Virus record (IMG/VR): IMGVR_UViG_3300050343_000277
Span: 3,105-67,104 of that record
From: a virus
Length of the DNA: 64,000 nt
Strand: one strand, 5' to 3'
Translations under genes and position numbers: made by a program
The notes under the pieces: model-generated
What the model was told of the DNA's origin: nothing
Databases searched by the model: none
What the model saw: only the letters and a program-made list of their open reading frames with translations
Part shown: positions 1 to 10,156 of the stretch, one piece after another
Layout of the letters: every line of letters starts with the position of its first letter
How positions within the stretch are numbered: position 1 is the first letter of the stretch

Positions 1-2
1 CT

Positions 3-368
3 GAACAAGGCGGCAATTTATCCAGTTGGGGGGATATCAAAGGAGCCATCCTTAATCAATTTAAATCTGGCAGTGCACCTGCTGCTGCTGCCCCTAAACC
101 AGAACCAATTCAACTATCTAAAACTGCTGCCAAAGCAATTGGTCGAGCACAGGCCTATCAAGACACACTAATGGTAAGAGATGGAGATTACACCATTGGT
201 GCCGACGAAACAGTCATTGATGACTTTAATAAGCAAACAAAAGAGAATACTAAAGAAGCTTTAAAACCATATTTTCAAAGAGATGTAGATCCTAAATATG
301 CACAATCATACGCAGATCGTTACAAACTTAAGCTAGGTGATGACTTTAAATTGACGAAACTTGTGTAA
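3..368 (+). CDS. 5'-truncated hypothetical protein, paralog of 817..1470
   Basis: Frame is open from position 3. Shares EPIQLS..AA.A..RAQAY.DT.M.RDGDY.IG.D.TVI.DFN.Q with the 817..1470 product. Confidence 0.75.
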   Translation, partial: EQGGNLSSWGDIKGAILNQFKSGSAPAAAAPKPEPIQLSKTAAKAIGRAQAYQDTLMVRDGDYTIGADETVIDDFNKQTKENTKEALKPYFQRDVDPKYAQSYADRYKLKLGDDFKLTKLV

Positions 369-402
369 TTAATAACTCAATTAAGTACCTAACGGGTAAA
401 TA

Positions 403-418
403 GCCGGCTAACGCCGGC
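403..418. repeat. GCCGGC-TAAC-GCCGGC motif, copy 1
   Basis: Exact copies at 7257-7272 and 24129-24144; variants at 7014-7029 (AAAT spacer) and 17372-17387 (one mismatch). Confidence 0.85.
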
Positions 419-450
419 AATCAACTGAGTGTTCAACTCAGGTAACAGCC

Positions 451-669
451 ATGGAACAAGAGATGATCCGTATCTCTCGACCACTTGTACTGCAGCTCAT
501 TGATCAGCTTGATCGTTCAGCAACATTCTGTGAAAAGGCTCGTACCTTTACTAAGGATGATATGTATGACACGCAAGCTGAACCTACAGAGTTTTATGCC
601 GGTTCAAGCGGCTATGCTCGTGCAACCATGCGTGACATCCTACAAACTCTAGAAAGTCACCTCAACTAA
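451..669 (+). CDS. hypothetical protein
   Basis: 72-aa ATG ORF followed by a terminator-like hairpin. Confidence 0.7.
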   Translation: MEQEMIRISRPLVLQLIDQLDRSATFCEKARTFTKDDMYDTQAEPTEFYAGSSGYARATMRDILQTLESHLN

Positions 670-674
670 CACAA

Positions 675-703
675 AAGGGCTAGTTTCTTTGCTAGCCTTT
701 ATT
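675..703 (+). terminator. intrinsic terminator-like hairpin
   Basis: aagggctag...ctagccttt stem with a T-rich tail. Confidence 0.55.
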
Positions 704-706
704 TAT

Positions 707-778
707 GGGACATTAGTGAAACGGTTATCACGACTGCCTGTCTCGCAGTTATTACCAGTTCGAATCTGGTATGTCTCG
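707..778 (+). tRNA. tRNA-Asp(GTC)
   Basis: Acceptor GGGACAT/ATGTCTC, discriminator G; anticodon arm ACTGC-CTGTCTC-GCAGT; T arm CCAG-TTCGAAT-CTGG; no encoded CCA. Confidence 0.88.
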
Positions 779-816
779 TTTACTAGAATAGAAACAATAT
801 ACATTAGTTAATTGCA

Positions 817-1470
817 ATGGCAAAATATTCTTCCGGTTCAATGTCAGCCGAAGATTTAATTAAACAATTTGGGCTGCAAACAGGCGGTGACGTAGGTCCC
901 GGCTTTAATGCAAAAGCAGGAGCTAGTGACGACGATCAGACTAAACAAAATAAACTTCTGGGTGACGGGTATTTAACTAACGAACAATACGAAGAACTAA
1001 AAGATAGTGATGAAATAAGACAAGCGTATAGTGATCTTCACGGGCAAGAAGCTGCTGCTAAGAAATTCAAAGACGGGTTCATTTCCATTAACACAATGGA
1101 TGCACTTTTTGATGACTTATCAGCGGAGAAAGCAGCTGAGAAAGCAGAGGAAACACCTGAAGTGCAAGAGCCTATACAGCTGTCTAGGCCTGCTGCGACT
1201 GCAAAAGCACGAGCACAGGCTTACAAGGACACCATGATGATAAGAGATGGTGATTACATTATTGGAAATGACCCAACTGTCATTGCAGACTTCAATGATC
1301 AGGTAATTAAAAATACTGAATATGAATTGCAACCAAAGATGCCTAATGAGCTACACGCAGCGAGAAAAGAAGCTGCACAAGAACGGGCAAACAATTACAA
1401 GCTGGCAGTAGCGGATCAGCTGAAATCAGATAGAGGCAGGCTTGAACTTCAAGAAATATTCAAATCTTGA
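817..1470 (+). CDS. hypothetical protein, paralog of 3..368
   Basis: 217-aa ORF preceded by TAGAAT at 784-789. Confidence 0.8.
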   Translation: MAKYSSGSMSAEDLIKQFGLQTGGDVGPGFNAKAGASDDDQTKQNKLLGDGYLTNEQYEELKDSDEIRQAYSDLHGQEAAAKKFKDGFISINTMDALFDDLSAEKAAEKAEETPEVQEPIQLSRPAATAKARAQAYKDTMMIRDGDYIIGNDPTVIADFNDQVIKNTEYELQPKMPNELHAARKEAAQERANNYKLAVADQLKSDRGRLELQEIFKS

Positions 1471-1486
1471 TCGAATCAAACTACAA

Positions 1487-1596
1487 AACCACGCTTACTA
1501 CACTACTATCTATAAACTGCAAATTAAATAGTCTATAGATAGGGTGTATGTATTAAAAAAGAGATATATAGAGAGACGAGTGTGGTTAACGTGGTA
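1487..1596. repeat. long-range inverted repeat element, copy A
   Basis: 1488-1521 matches the reverse complement of 32125-32158 at 33/34 nt, with further patchy similarity over ~110 bp. Confidence 0.85.
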
Positions 1597-1733
1597 TAAG
1601 CGCCAAGTCAAGCCCAAACGCCAGTAATACCAGTGGGTTTCAAAACCACACAAAGAACGTGGTATTAATAAGCTGTATATACATTTTTTTGCATTTACAG
1701 ATATCCGCACAAAATCATATGAGCATATATACT

Positions 1734-1928
1734 ATGCAAATATCGCAATTAACTGTGGCAGCTTCAGGCAAAATTCGCGTGACGGTCATGCTCGCCGCAG
1801 ACACTCATGTAAATCTCAAAGTATTATCTGCCCGATCAGGGGTAACTATGAACGATATCATGTCCAGTGCTATCCAAATGTATTTACAAAAAGATGTAGA
1901 TCCTTCTGCTGCAAGCCCTTTGAATTAG
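1734..1928 (+). CDS. ribbon-helix-helix (CopG/ParG-like) DNA-binding protein
   Basis: KIRVTVMLAADTHVNLKVLSARSGVTMNDIMSSAIQMYL fits the RHH pattern; start codon uncertain. Confidence 0.65.
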   Translation: MQISQLTVAASGKIRVTVMLAADTHVNLKVLSARSGVTMNDIMSSAIQMYLQKDVDPSAASPLN

Positions 1929-1963
1929 TCATATAAGGTAGCAGGTGAGAATCATTTCCACAT

Positions 1964-2302
1964 ATGAAAAAGGTTCAGGTCACGATGCCTGACAACGAAC
2001 ATGCTGCGTTGAAGGACTACTGCAGTGCCTTTGATGTCACCATGTCCGAAGTCATGTACGAAGCTGCAAAAATGTATATGCATAAACACAGTGATAAATG
2101 CGGTCACATCAATGGGATCTTTAAATTCAGAAAAATAAAAGCAGACAAGCGTATTGCTAAAGAGTGCTGGGGGCAAGACTGTCTTACCTGTACTCAACAA
2201 GTTGAATGCCGTGTAGGCGCTTATACAGGCACTTGGCAAAAGGATCAAAAATATGAAATATACAGCTGCTGCAATCTATCTTCAAACGAGGAAGTCAACT
2301 AA
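1964..2302 (+). CDS. RHH-domain protein with Cys-rich C-terminus
   Basis: KKVQVTMPDNEHAALKDYCSAFDVTMSEVM, then several Cys (possible Zn site). Confidence 0.6.
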   Translation: MKKVQVTMPDNEHAALKDYCSAFDVTMSEVMYEAAKMYMHKHSDKCGHINGIFKFRKIKADKRIAKECWGQDCLTCTQQVECRVGAYTGTWQKDQKYEIYSCCNLSSNEEVN

Positions 2303-2447
2303 GCGTTACACTACGCAAACCTATTTACGCATAAAGGTTTAATTGGTATTAACTATAGACCTATATCAGCCTACATACTCAAACACAATAAACTCAAAAA
2401 ATAAGCATCATTGATCACCATCTTGCACTTTTTGTACCAACATAATG

Positions 2448-2477
2448 AGAGCGGCCTAACGGCTGCTCTTTTTTTTT
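2448..2477 (+). terminator. intrinsic terminator, cTAACg loop
   Basis: agagcggcc-taac-ggctgctct followed by a long T run. Confidence 0.7.
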
Positions 2478-2516
2478 GTGCCCCATTCGGGGAACTGTTT
2501 ATATGGATTCAACCCC

Positions 2517-3476
2517 ATGGCTTCAAATTTCACATCTGGCTGGCTCGGCAATGCGGAGCATGCATGGCACGGCCTTGGCGTCGTTACCGAAGGCACACTT
2601 CCAGCGCGAGAGGCGTTTGAAACAGCAGACGCACTATTTACTGTCGAGAAGCGAGAGCTTTTCTACCCAACAGAACCTGGAGATGAAGGCAGAACTCTGC
2701 CCTTCTATCAACCATCCGGTTCATTTGGTGTCGTCCGTACAGACACCCAAGCCTTACTTGGGGTTGTCTCCAAGCAATACGAAATCGTCCAAAACGATTC
2801 GCTCCTTCGGATGGCAGAGTTCATCCGAGAAGAGGCTGACATGGACTGCGTCATCGTTCTATCTGATGGTGCCAAAGTCTGCTTTACCGCCACACTCCGT
2901 GGTGCGGAAGCGGACATCGTCCCTGGAGACACAATCAAAAGGAGAATCGTCGGCTACTTAGGCCATGACGGTAAGACTGGTTGTGGCGCAAAGTTCACCA
3001 ACATTCGTGTTGTCTGTCAAAACACATTGACTGCTGCACTCCGTGAAAGTGGTGCTTCTGCAAGCATTACCCATAAGGGAACTGCTAACGCTAACTTTGA
3101 TGCTCTTATCAACAGCATCGACGTAGCTAGGCAAGACTTCACCACTGAGTGCGACCTGATGCGTGAGTTCTCACGTCGCTCTATGGGCATGACTGCCTTT
3201 AATCAGTTTGTAGATGAGGTCTACAACATTGACGAAGGTCAAGTCTTCCGCAAGCGTGAAAAGTTAGAGCGTGCCTTTACCTCTGGTTATGGCAATGCTG
3301 ACTTTGCACCTTTCTCTGTCTGGTCTGGCATCAATGCCATCACACAGATAGAAACAAGCACTCGTGGCACTACTGCCGCTAAAGGTAACGCTCAATTCGC
3401 TCGTGGCACATTCGGTGCCGGTGCACAGATTAGTAAACGTGCATTTGCTGTAGCTCGTGATTTAGTCACTGCTTAG
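2517..3476 (+). CDS. DUF932/DUF945 (TIGR03299-like) phage/plasmid protein
   Basis: AWHGLG, LGVVSKQYEIVQN, HDG..G, TNIRVVCQNTL and WSGINAIT motifs; ATG 2517 preferred as start. Confidence 0.85.
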   Translation: MASNFTSGWLGNAEHAWHGLGVVTEGTLPAREAFETADALFTVEKRELFYPTEPGDEGRTLPFYQPSGSFGVVRTDTQALLGVVSKQYEIVQNDSLLRMAEFIREEADMDCVIVLSDGAKVCFTATLRGAEADIVPGDTIKRRIVGYLGHDGKTGCGAKFTNIRVVCQNTLTAALRESGASASITHKGTANANFDALINSIDVARQDFTTECDLMREFSRRSMGMTAFNQFVDEVYNIDEGQVFRKREKLERAFTSGYGNADFAPFSVWSGINAITQIETSTRGTTAAKGNAQFARGTFGAGAQISKRAFAVARDLVTA

Positions 3477-3561
3477 CAACATATAACGAACATATCCATT
3501 AATAATTTGTTAATGTTTATGTTCGTGCATGTAAGCACGTAAGTACATATATCAATTAACT

Positions 3562-3918
3562 ATGTTTAAAAAACTAACTGCTAGTTTGCTAGCTAGTGCC
3601 ACCTTTCTGGTTGCTTCCTTGCCCATCAGCGGCAAAGCAGCAAGTGGAAGTATGCATACTTCATATTATGCCCATTACTTCCACGGTCGAACTACAGCCA
3701 ACGGGGAAAGGTTTGATATGTGGTCACATACCGCAGCTCACAAAACCCTCCCATTTGGCACAAGACTTCGTGTCTGCTATCAAGGCTGCGTGGATGTCCG
3801 TATCAACGACAGAGGACCATTTATTAGTGGCAGGGACCTTGACCTTAGTTATGGTGCCGCCTCTTCTATTGGTCTTCTTGGACCAGGTGTAGCGTGGACT
3901 ACTGTTACTTATCTGTAG
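3562..3918 (+). CDS. rlpA: RlpA-like DPBB lytic transglycosylase with signal peptide
   Basis: SYY..FHGRTTANGERFDM...TAAHKTLPFGT...VRINDRGPF..GRDLDLSYGAA. Confidence 0.9.
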   Translation: MFKKLTASLLASATFLVASLPISGKAASGSMHTSYYAHYFHGRTTANGERFDMWSHTAAHKTLPFGTRLRVCYQGCVDVRINDRGPFISGRDLDLSYGAASSIGLLGPGVAWTTVTYL

Positions 3919-4000
3919 CTCACACTTATGTGAGTTCCGCGATAAATTATAAATAAGTCGGGGCATTCCGATACTCCGGCTATCTACGAAGGAGTTAATT

Positions 4001-4213
4001 ATGTCTAGAACTTACAGACGACAAACTGAGTCCAGCACTGGACTTAGGCATCCTCACACGATGAGCGAACGTCGCCAACTTAACGGATTGAAAACAGATG
4101 CTCGATTACATCAGGTTAATATTTCTCCTGTTAATCGTCTATCTCGTCATATTCCTACAGACTTCGACGATATGAAAATAGCGTCCTTCGCTGAAACTTT
4201 CTTTAACGACTAA
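4001..4213 (+). CDS. hypothetical basic protein
   Basis: 70-aa ORF with AAGGAG Shine-Dalgarno. Confidence 0.7.
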   Translation: MSRTYRRQTESSTGLRHPHTMSERRQLNGLKTDARLHQVNISPVNRLSRHIPTDFDDMKIASFAETFFND

Positions 4214-4316
4214 GTATAAATTACTATCACGATTTCAACACATTGACGTGTAGAATTGTAACGTAGGCCACCGTGCCGAGTTACTCGCCTTAATACACAA
4301 ACAATGTCTTATTTAA

Positions 4317-5405
4317 ATGTCAACATCTATTCTTTCACCCAAGGCTAATCCTATTAAGGAAGCCTGGGATGGCTTTACTGAGTGGGTCACAAGTACCAAC
4401 AACCGCCTCTACGTAGGTTGGTTCGGAGTACTGATGATCCCTACTCTTATTGCCGCTACAACATGCTTCATTATTGCTTTTATTGCTGCTCCTCCTGTTG
4501 ATATCGATGGCATACGTGAACCAGTTGCTGGATCGCTCCTCTACGGAAATAACATCATTTCAGGAGCAGTTGTCCCGTCTTCAAACGCAATCGGACTTCA
4601 CTTCTATCCAATCTGGGAAGCAGCCTCACTCGATGAGTGGCTGTACAACGGCGGACCTTTCCAGCTTGTTGTCTTCCACTTCCTTATCGGTATCTTCTCT
4701 TACATGGGACGCGAATGGGAACTTAGCTATCGATTAGGTATGCGCCCTTGGATCATGGTTGCTTACTCAGCTCCCGTGGCTGCAGCAACTGCAGTGTTCC
4801 TTGTTTATCCATTCGGTCAAGGTTCTTTCTCTGATGCAATGCCCCTCGGAATCAGCGGAACATTCAACTACATGTTGGTATTCCAAGCTGAGCACAATAT
4901 TCTCATGCACCCTTTCCACATGCTTGGGGTGGCTGGTGTCTTTGGCGGTAGTTTGTTTTCTGCTATGCACGGAAGCTTGGTTACAAGCTCACTCGTTCGC
5001 GAGACAACTGAAACAGAATCACAAAACTATGGCTATAAATTTGGGCAAGAAGAAGAGACGTATAACATTGTGGCTGCTCATGGCTACTTTGGTCGCCTTA
5101 TCTTTCAGTACGCTTCCTTTAATAACAGTCGTAGCTTGCACTTCTTTCTCGCTGCCTGGCCTGTGGTTGGTATCTGGTTTACTGCCTTGGGCGTAAGTAC
5201 TATGGCGTTTAATCTTAATGGCTTTAACTTCAACCAATCAATCCAGTCCTCCGATGGACACGTCGTTAACACCTGGGCAGACATCCTCAACCGAGCAGGT
5301 CTCGGAATGGAAGTCATGCACGAACGTAACGCTCACAACTTCCCGCTCGATCTTGCGTCAACTAGCTCCACACCTGTGGCCCTAGTTGCACCATCTATCG
5401 GCTAA
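4317..5405 (+). CDS. psbA: photosystem II D1 protein
   Basis: [15 protein letters not shown]...[13 protein letters not shown]; full length, no intron; Glu130 (MGREWELS). Confidence 0.99.
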   Translation: MSTSILSPKANPIKEAWDGFTEWVTSTNNRLYVGWFGVLMIPTLIAATTCFIIAFIAAPPVDIDGIREPVAGSLLYGNNIISGAVVPSSNAIGLHFYPIWEAASLDEWLYNGGPFQLVVFHFLIGIFSYMGREWELSYRLGMRPWIMVAYSAPVAAATAVFLVYPFGQGSFSDAMPLGISGTFNYMLVFQAEHNILMHPFHMLGVAGVFGGSLFSAMHGSLVTSSLVRETTETESQNYGYKFGQEEETYNIVAAHGYFGRLIFQYASFNNSRSLHFFLAAWPVVGIWFTALGVSTMAFNLNGFNFNQSIQSSDGHVVNTWADILNRAGLGMEVMHERNAHNFPLDLASTSSTPVALVAPSIG

Positions 5406-5412
5406 TTGTTAT

Positions 5413-5436
5413 AGGCTCACTTATGTGGGCCTTTTT
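5413..5436 (+). terminator. psbA terminator
   Basis: aggctcac-ttat-gtgggcct-tttt; related hairpin at 3917-3936 after rlpA. Confidence 0.7.
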
Positions 5437-5451
5437 AATGCAATAAATTAA

Positions 5452-5676
5452 ATGATTAAGCTATCAACAGAACAGATGCGAGATGTAATCAATGCACTCA
5501 AGCATTACCAAAATCACAATATTAGCCTTAACAACCCTCGTTACAAAGAGTTTGACATTATTGTCGCTACTGTAGAAAATGCTATCTCTACATCAAAGGA
5601 TACTCCACAGTTCCAACGTTCTGCGTACTTAGAATGGGCTGAAGAGTCTCTATCTGAATGTATCCGTGGGGACTAA
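5452..5676 (+). CDS. hypothetical protein
   Basis: 74-aa ATG ORF. Confidence 0.65.
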   Translation: MIKLSTEQMRDVINALKHYQNHNISLNNPRYKEFDIIVATVENAISTSKDTPQFQRSAYLEWAEESLSECIRGD

Positions 5677-5714
5677 TTGTTAAACTAAATATAACCGTGT
5701 TTGTCTATTGACCA

Positions 5715-6020
5715 ATGTTAGAAGCATCTATTGTCGCTGCGATTGGCGTCATCACAGGAGTGGGAGCTCTAACGACTCGCGTACACAATCGAATCAACGA
5801 AAGTGACAAAAGGCTAGACGCAATAGAGCTACGCATTGTTGAGAAATACGTAACTAAAGCACACCTTACAGAAATTGACAGGCGTGTAGATAATCTTGAG
5901 CTTCGCCTTGCTGAACAATATGTAAGCAAAAAAGACTTAAACGAAATTATCGCTAAAGTTGAAGCTCACATGATTAGAATAGAAAGCAAGTTGGACAGAA
6001 TCTCACTGAGCCAACATTAA
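5715..6020 (+). CDS. N-terminal TM + coiled-coil protein
   Basis: Hydrophobic N-terminus; duplicated D.R.D..ELR..E.YV.K..L unit. Confidence 0.7.
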   Translation: MLEASIVAAIGVITGVGALTTRVHNRINESDKRLDAIELRIVEKYVTKAHLTEIDRRVDNLELRLAEQYVSKKDLNEIIAKVEAHMIRIESKLDRISLSQH

Positions 6021-6053
6021 TCAGTTACAATAATTAATAATTAAGAGAAACTA

Positions 6054-6245
6054 ATGACGACAGTAACAGAAGACGGCGGTCGCACAAATATCTACGCAAA
6101 AGAACCACAAATGCAAGTAATGGAGGTCTCCGTGACACACAACGAAAAGGCAGAAAAGCTCAACGGTCGTCTAGCAATGCTTGGCGTAATCGCAGCTATC
6201 GGTGCTTATGCACTTACAGGCGATCTTATCCCTGGAGTTTTTTAA
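6054..6245 (+). CDS. hli: high-light inducible protein
   Basis: AEKLNGRLAMLG chlorophyll-binding motif and TGDLIPGVF C-terminus. Confidence 0.95.
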   Translation: MTTVTEDGGRTNIYAKEPQMQVMEVSVTHNEKAEKLNGRLAMLGVIAAIGAYALTGDLIPGVF

Positions 6246-6342
6246 CTAAGCAGACGGGGGTTTTATTCAGCCCCCCATTATTTTTACTATTTATGGAGAT
6301 TAACCTTTGATACAATTTATAGATATAACCTTATAAATTGTT

Positions 6343-6966
6343 ATGTCTGATCTAACTAATATTGAAAAGCAAGGTGCTGCAGACCGATCGGCTATAGCTG
6401 CAGCTGGACGCCAATCGGCTTCTGTCAAAACCAGAACCAATAAAAAGGGTCAGCAGGTTACTGTACGTAAAAACAGTGACGGTTCTAAAACAAGCACTAG
6501 AAAAACTGATACAGGTGTAGTGTCTAGAACCAAGAAAGACGGCAAAGTAGTTGCTAAATCGAAAATCAAGGCTACTGATTCTGGATATAAGGCTGTAAAC
6601 AAATCTGGCGGAAAGAAGATTGTTCAAACTTCAAAGCGTACTGAAAAGGGCGGTAAAACTGTAACTAAAGCTACTAACGCTAAAGGAAAAACACGCAAAA
6701 CAGTTAGTTCAGCAAGGAGGACTGCTGATGGCTATAAAGCTGTAACTAAAACTACTAACGCTAAAGGAAAAACAAAGAAGCGTGTTGAAGCTGAGAAATT
6801 GAATAGTAAGGGTAAGCGTGTACACGTCAATAAAGTAACAAACGCTAAAGGAAAGACTACTACTACCCGTACAACACAAAACGCTAAAGGGGTTACTAGA
6901 ACTGCTACCATAAAACCCAATGGCAAAAAGACTGTTACTAGATCAAAACCTGCAACTAACAAATAA
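6343..6966 (+). CDS. Lys/Thr-rich highly basic repeat protein
   Basis: 207 aa with repeated (T/Q)NAKG(K/V)T units. Confidence 0.75.
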   Translation: MSDLTNIEKQGAADRSAIAAAGRQSASVKTRTNKKGQQVTVRKNSDGSKTSTRKTDTGVVSRTKKDGKVVAKSKIKATDSGYKAVNKSGGKKIVQTSKRTEKGGKTVTKATNAKGKTRKTVSSARRTADGYKAVTKTTNAKGKTKKRVEAEKLNSKGKRVHVNKVTNAKGKTTTTRTTQNAKGVTRTATIKPNGKKTVTRSKPATNK

Positions 6967-7079
6967 CCGAGCCCCTAATTTTAATATTTACTTCTGATAA
7001 ATAGCAGCCCATGGCCGGCAAATGCCGGCTATAGTTAAGAGTGTCCGAAAGGGCTAAAGCAAATTATATCTTGAGCTAA

Positions 7080-7250
7080 ATGGAAATCAATTCGGACGTG
7101 TTGAACGAACTCACTGAGGTGATTGAAGACACGATTGAGTATGCATGTGACCACCACCAGTTATCTGGTGAGATGGTCTGGAAGATCGTGGAGTGTCTAG
7201 CTGTAGCCAAACAAGCTGAGCTTGCTGGCGAGTTAACTCCAACTGTATAA
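7080..7250 (+). CDS. small acidic hypothetical protein (not in ORF track)
   Basis: MEINSDVLNELTEVIEDTIEYACDHHQLSGEMVWKIVECLAVAKQAELAGELTPTV, flanked by two GCCGGC motifs. Confidence 0.7.
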   Translation: MEINSDVLNELTEVIEDTIEYACDHHQLSGEMVWKIVECLAVAKQAELAGELTPTV

Positions 7251-7324
7251 ACCTTTGCCGGCTAACGCCGGCTATTTAAATTAATGCCCGTTATGGGCAG
7301 TCGTTCAACCTACCTAAAAATAAA

Positions 7325-7990
7325 ATGACTGTTATTTCAACTGCTAATCCTACTGCCGACACCACTGCACTTATCGCCGAACTTGGCGGACAAGCTTCAC
7401 AGTCTGTTGACTTTATGATTGGCGTTGGCTTGGTTAAGGACAGCGATGCTGTCTTCTTCCAATACCAAGGTGACGAGCAGAAGACTGCACTGATGGAACC
7501 ATCAGGCAAGCCTTGCACTCGTATTGGCCAAGTATTTCTTTCTGGCCTTACCATCATTGACAATGTCTACGAAGACGCTGGCTTCAAAGGCAGCAAGCTC
7601 AATGTTTTTCTTAGGACACAGAATGGTACGTCCTTGATGCTTACCTCTGGTCTTGCAACCATCTGGTCACAGTGCCTGATGACTTGCCTCATGGGTCTCT
7701 GTGCTAACGAGTCTCTTGACCACCTCATCACTATTGACACTTGGAAAGGTACTTCCAAAATGCGTCCCTGCTTTGCTGCAGTTCGTGACGGTGCTGTCAA
7801 AGTTACGCACGACGATACGTATGAAGCACTCGCTCAAGCACGTAGCGACAAAGACAAGCTCAAGACTGACGCAATCATGCGTGATGCCGTAGAGCTCATC
7901 AGTGCACAGCTTGAAGGTGGAGACGCTCCCCTAGAGCTACCTCAAGTCATTGATGTAACTGAGCAAACTAACGACACTACAGAGTTCTGA
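7325..7990 (+). CDS. hypothetical protein
   Basis: 221-aa ORF heading a tightly coupled + strand cluster. Confidence 0.8.
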   Translation: MTVISTANPTADTTALIAELGGQASQSVDFMIGVGLVKDSDAVFFQYQGDEQKTALMEPSGKPCTRIGQVFLSGLTIIDNVYEDAGFKGSKLNVFLRTQNGTSLMLTSGLATIWSQCLMTCLMGLCANESLDHLITIDTWKGTSKMRPCFAAVRDGAVKVTHDDTYEALAQARSDKDKLKTDAIMRDAVELISAQLEGGDAPLELPQVIDVTEQTNDTTEF

Positions 7991-9481
7991 TGCCTGTAAA
8001 TCCTGATTACGATCGGGAGTTTTCTTTCAATATTGATGAATATTTAGTAGAAAACTACCCTGCAATGAATATGGCTACACGCCGATCCGTTTGCTCAATG
8101 TCCTTCGATTGGTTCGACACAGAACATTTAGAAGACGTTGTAGACGAAGTGGTCAGCCATTATGCAAAAACCAAATTAAACATCTCTAAAAAAGAAATCG
8201 AAGAAGATGACAGCTGACACTGTCGGCAGGTTGCGGAATGTGCGCAGAAATTTAACTGCTGTACTCCTTAACTTGCCAATCAAACCCAGCGAAACAACTG
8301 TTGCAACCCTGCTTGTAATGCTTGATCATTTTGCTGAAAATCCTGATGAATACTACGAGCTACTAAATGTCAACAACAATTAAAGTCCCTGATTATGAAT
8401 TGCTCGACCTCGTATGCCTGTGCCACGCGGCATTGGCCCAAGACTCACCAGAGCTTCCTTCGTTCTATATCAACGAAATACTTGGGCGTCTTGACGCTTT
8501 TAAATATCCTGGAATGCGAGAAGAAGTCGAAGTCTATCTTGCTGAGAAAAAGTATTTGCCTCCGTTGAAACTTGTTCGTCCTAACGAAGCAAGCTCTAAC
8601 GCAGCAGCACAATCCATCATTACTGACAGCTTATGACACTCAACTCAGTACAAAAGAGAAACTTCCGTAAGTTTCTTATGGCATCACTTGACCAACATGT
8701 CCACAATGAAATCAATTACTACCTTGAAAATGTAGCTGAGTACCATTTTCGTGGATCTGATGTTGACAGCGGAGTTGTCCGTGAACAGCTACTCGACGAC
8801 GTTTCTTTACTAACAATTAGTTTTGAGAGCTAATGACAGAACAACTTACGCACCTGCAAAAAGAACTCTTACTTGAGTTTCTTAAGTCTCATCTACAGCA
8901 AGACATTCGGCGGAAGCTCATGATTGAACTACCAGATGCCTACAACCGTTGGATGGGGAGAACCATCGTTACTTCCCAAATCCACAAGTACGACGAGATC
9001 TTAATTACTACTGACTAATGACTGATGCTGAAACAACAGTCATCGTTGAAACACAACTAGATAACCTCGCTTCCATTCTCGATGGAGATTGGAGGCGTGT
9101 GTCAGTGCTGCATTCAAACGGTGAATCTGAAGACCAAATCATTATTACATTCAACAAATCTGCATCAAACTAATGAACCCATACATCACTGAGATGGAAG
9201 CAATCCCTGTTTCCGAACCATATGTCATGACTGTTTTCAACTCAACCACATTGGAAGAAACTGAGCATCTTGCTTATGAGGCAGAGATGCAATACAAGCG
9301 TAAAGAGCCAGCAATTAAAACTATCTTGTGTTCAAGACTTGATACAGTTAATGTTGGCGAACCTGTCATGCTCGTGTATCATCATGGTATGCGTTCCTAT
9401 ATGCATAACAGGAACGTAATTGTATCTAACTCTAGTAACTGCTTAGGCGGTTTCTATTACACAGATGGAACTAAAGCATGA
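7990..9481 (+). other. cluster of small coupled hypothetical ORFs (7990..8217, 8207..8383, 8367..8636, 8633..8833, 8833..9018, 9173..9481)
   Basis: Overlapping stop/start codons; typical early-gene array. Confidence 0.65.
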
Positions 9482-9828
9482 TGAAACAATACGAACTCTA
9501 TGTCTTTACTCAGCCTGGTTGTCCTCCCTGCGAGAAGCTCAAGGCTCACGTGAGCTGTCTTACAGAAGCTCAGCAAGCGTCATTGCACTATGTCCCTCTA
9601 CGTGCACCTAACGGCCAACGAACAGCACTTGCAGAAGAGCTTGAAGTAGAACTAACACCAACTTTAGTTGTTGCCTATGAAGGGCTGCAATGCCGAGTTG
9701 ACGCAGATGGTGATGAGGATTGTGACTATACAGAAGAAGCGGTAGAACGTTTCATTGGTGCCAATTCAATCATTGAGCACCTCGATTCAACTATTGATGC
9801 TTACACCTACGCTAATCCTCCTGAATGA
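9478..9828 (+). CDS. thioredoxin/glutaredoxin-fold protein
   Basis: FTQPGCPPC active site and TPTLV cis-Pro motif. Confidence 0.8.
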   Translation: MMKQYELYVFTQPGCPPCEKLKAHVSCLTEAQQASLHYVPLRAPNGQRTALAEELEVELTPTLVVAYEGLQCRVDADGDEDCDYTEEAVERFIGANSIIEHLDSTIDAYTYANPPE

Positions 9829-9970
9829 CACCTGACACGCAAGTTTATCAAGTAACAATGACACTTAAGCTTGAACGTAATCCTAGAAAATGGATTGCAG
9901 ATAGTATTAACGATTGTCTTGAAGATCACGAAGAGCTAATTGACTACCAAATCATTGAGATTGTATCTGA

Positions 9971-10156
9971 ATGACACCTGACGAACGTGACAAGCTTCAA
10001 GATGCCTATGTTCATGCAGTAATTGATGACATGGATATGGATTCTCTTATCCAATATGCTGCTGATTCACTGCATCATTATTTAGATAAGTTTGAATCTA
10101 ACACTGAACTTATTGCTACTGTCAAAGAACTTTATCCTGAACTCCTGAATAATTAA
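9971..10156 (+). CDS. hypothetical protein
   Basis: 61-aa acidic ORF in a run of small ORFs at 9825-10600. Confidence 0.65.
   Translation: MTPDERDKLQDAYVHAVIDDMDMDSLIQYAADSLHHYLDKFESNTELIATVKELYPELLNN

Noticed and set aside
1510-1710. ORFs across the repeat element, and 34104..34301 across the att-like region
   Set aside because: Weak starts and atypical composition; better explained as non-coding sites.
4230-4316. Structured PhotoRC-type RNA upstream of psbA
   Set aside because: Could not match a known consensus by eye; needs an Infernal search.
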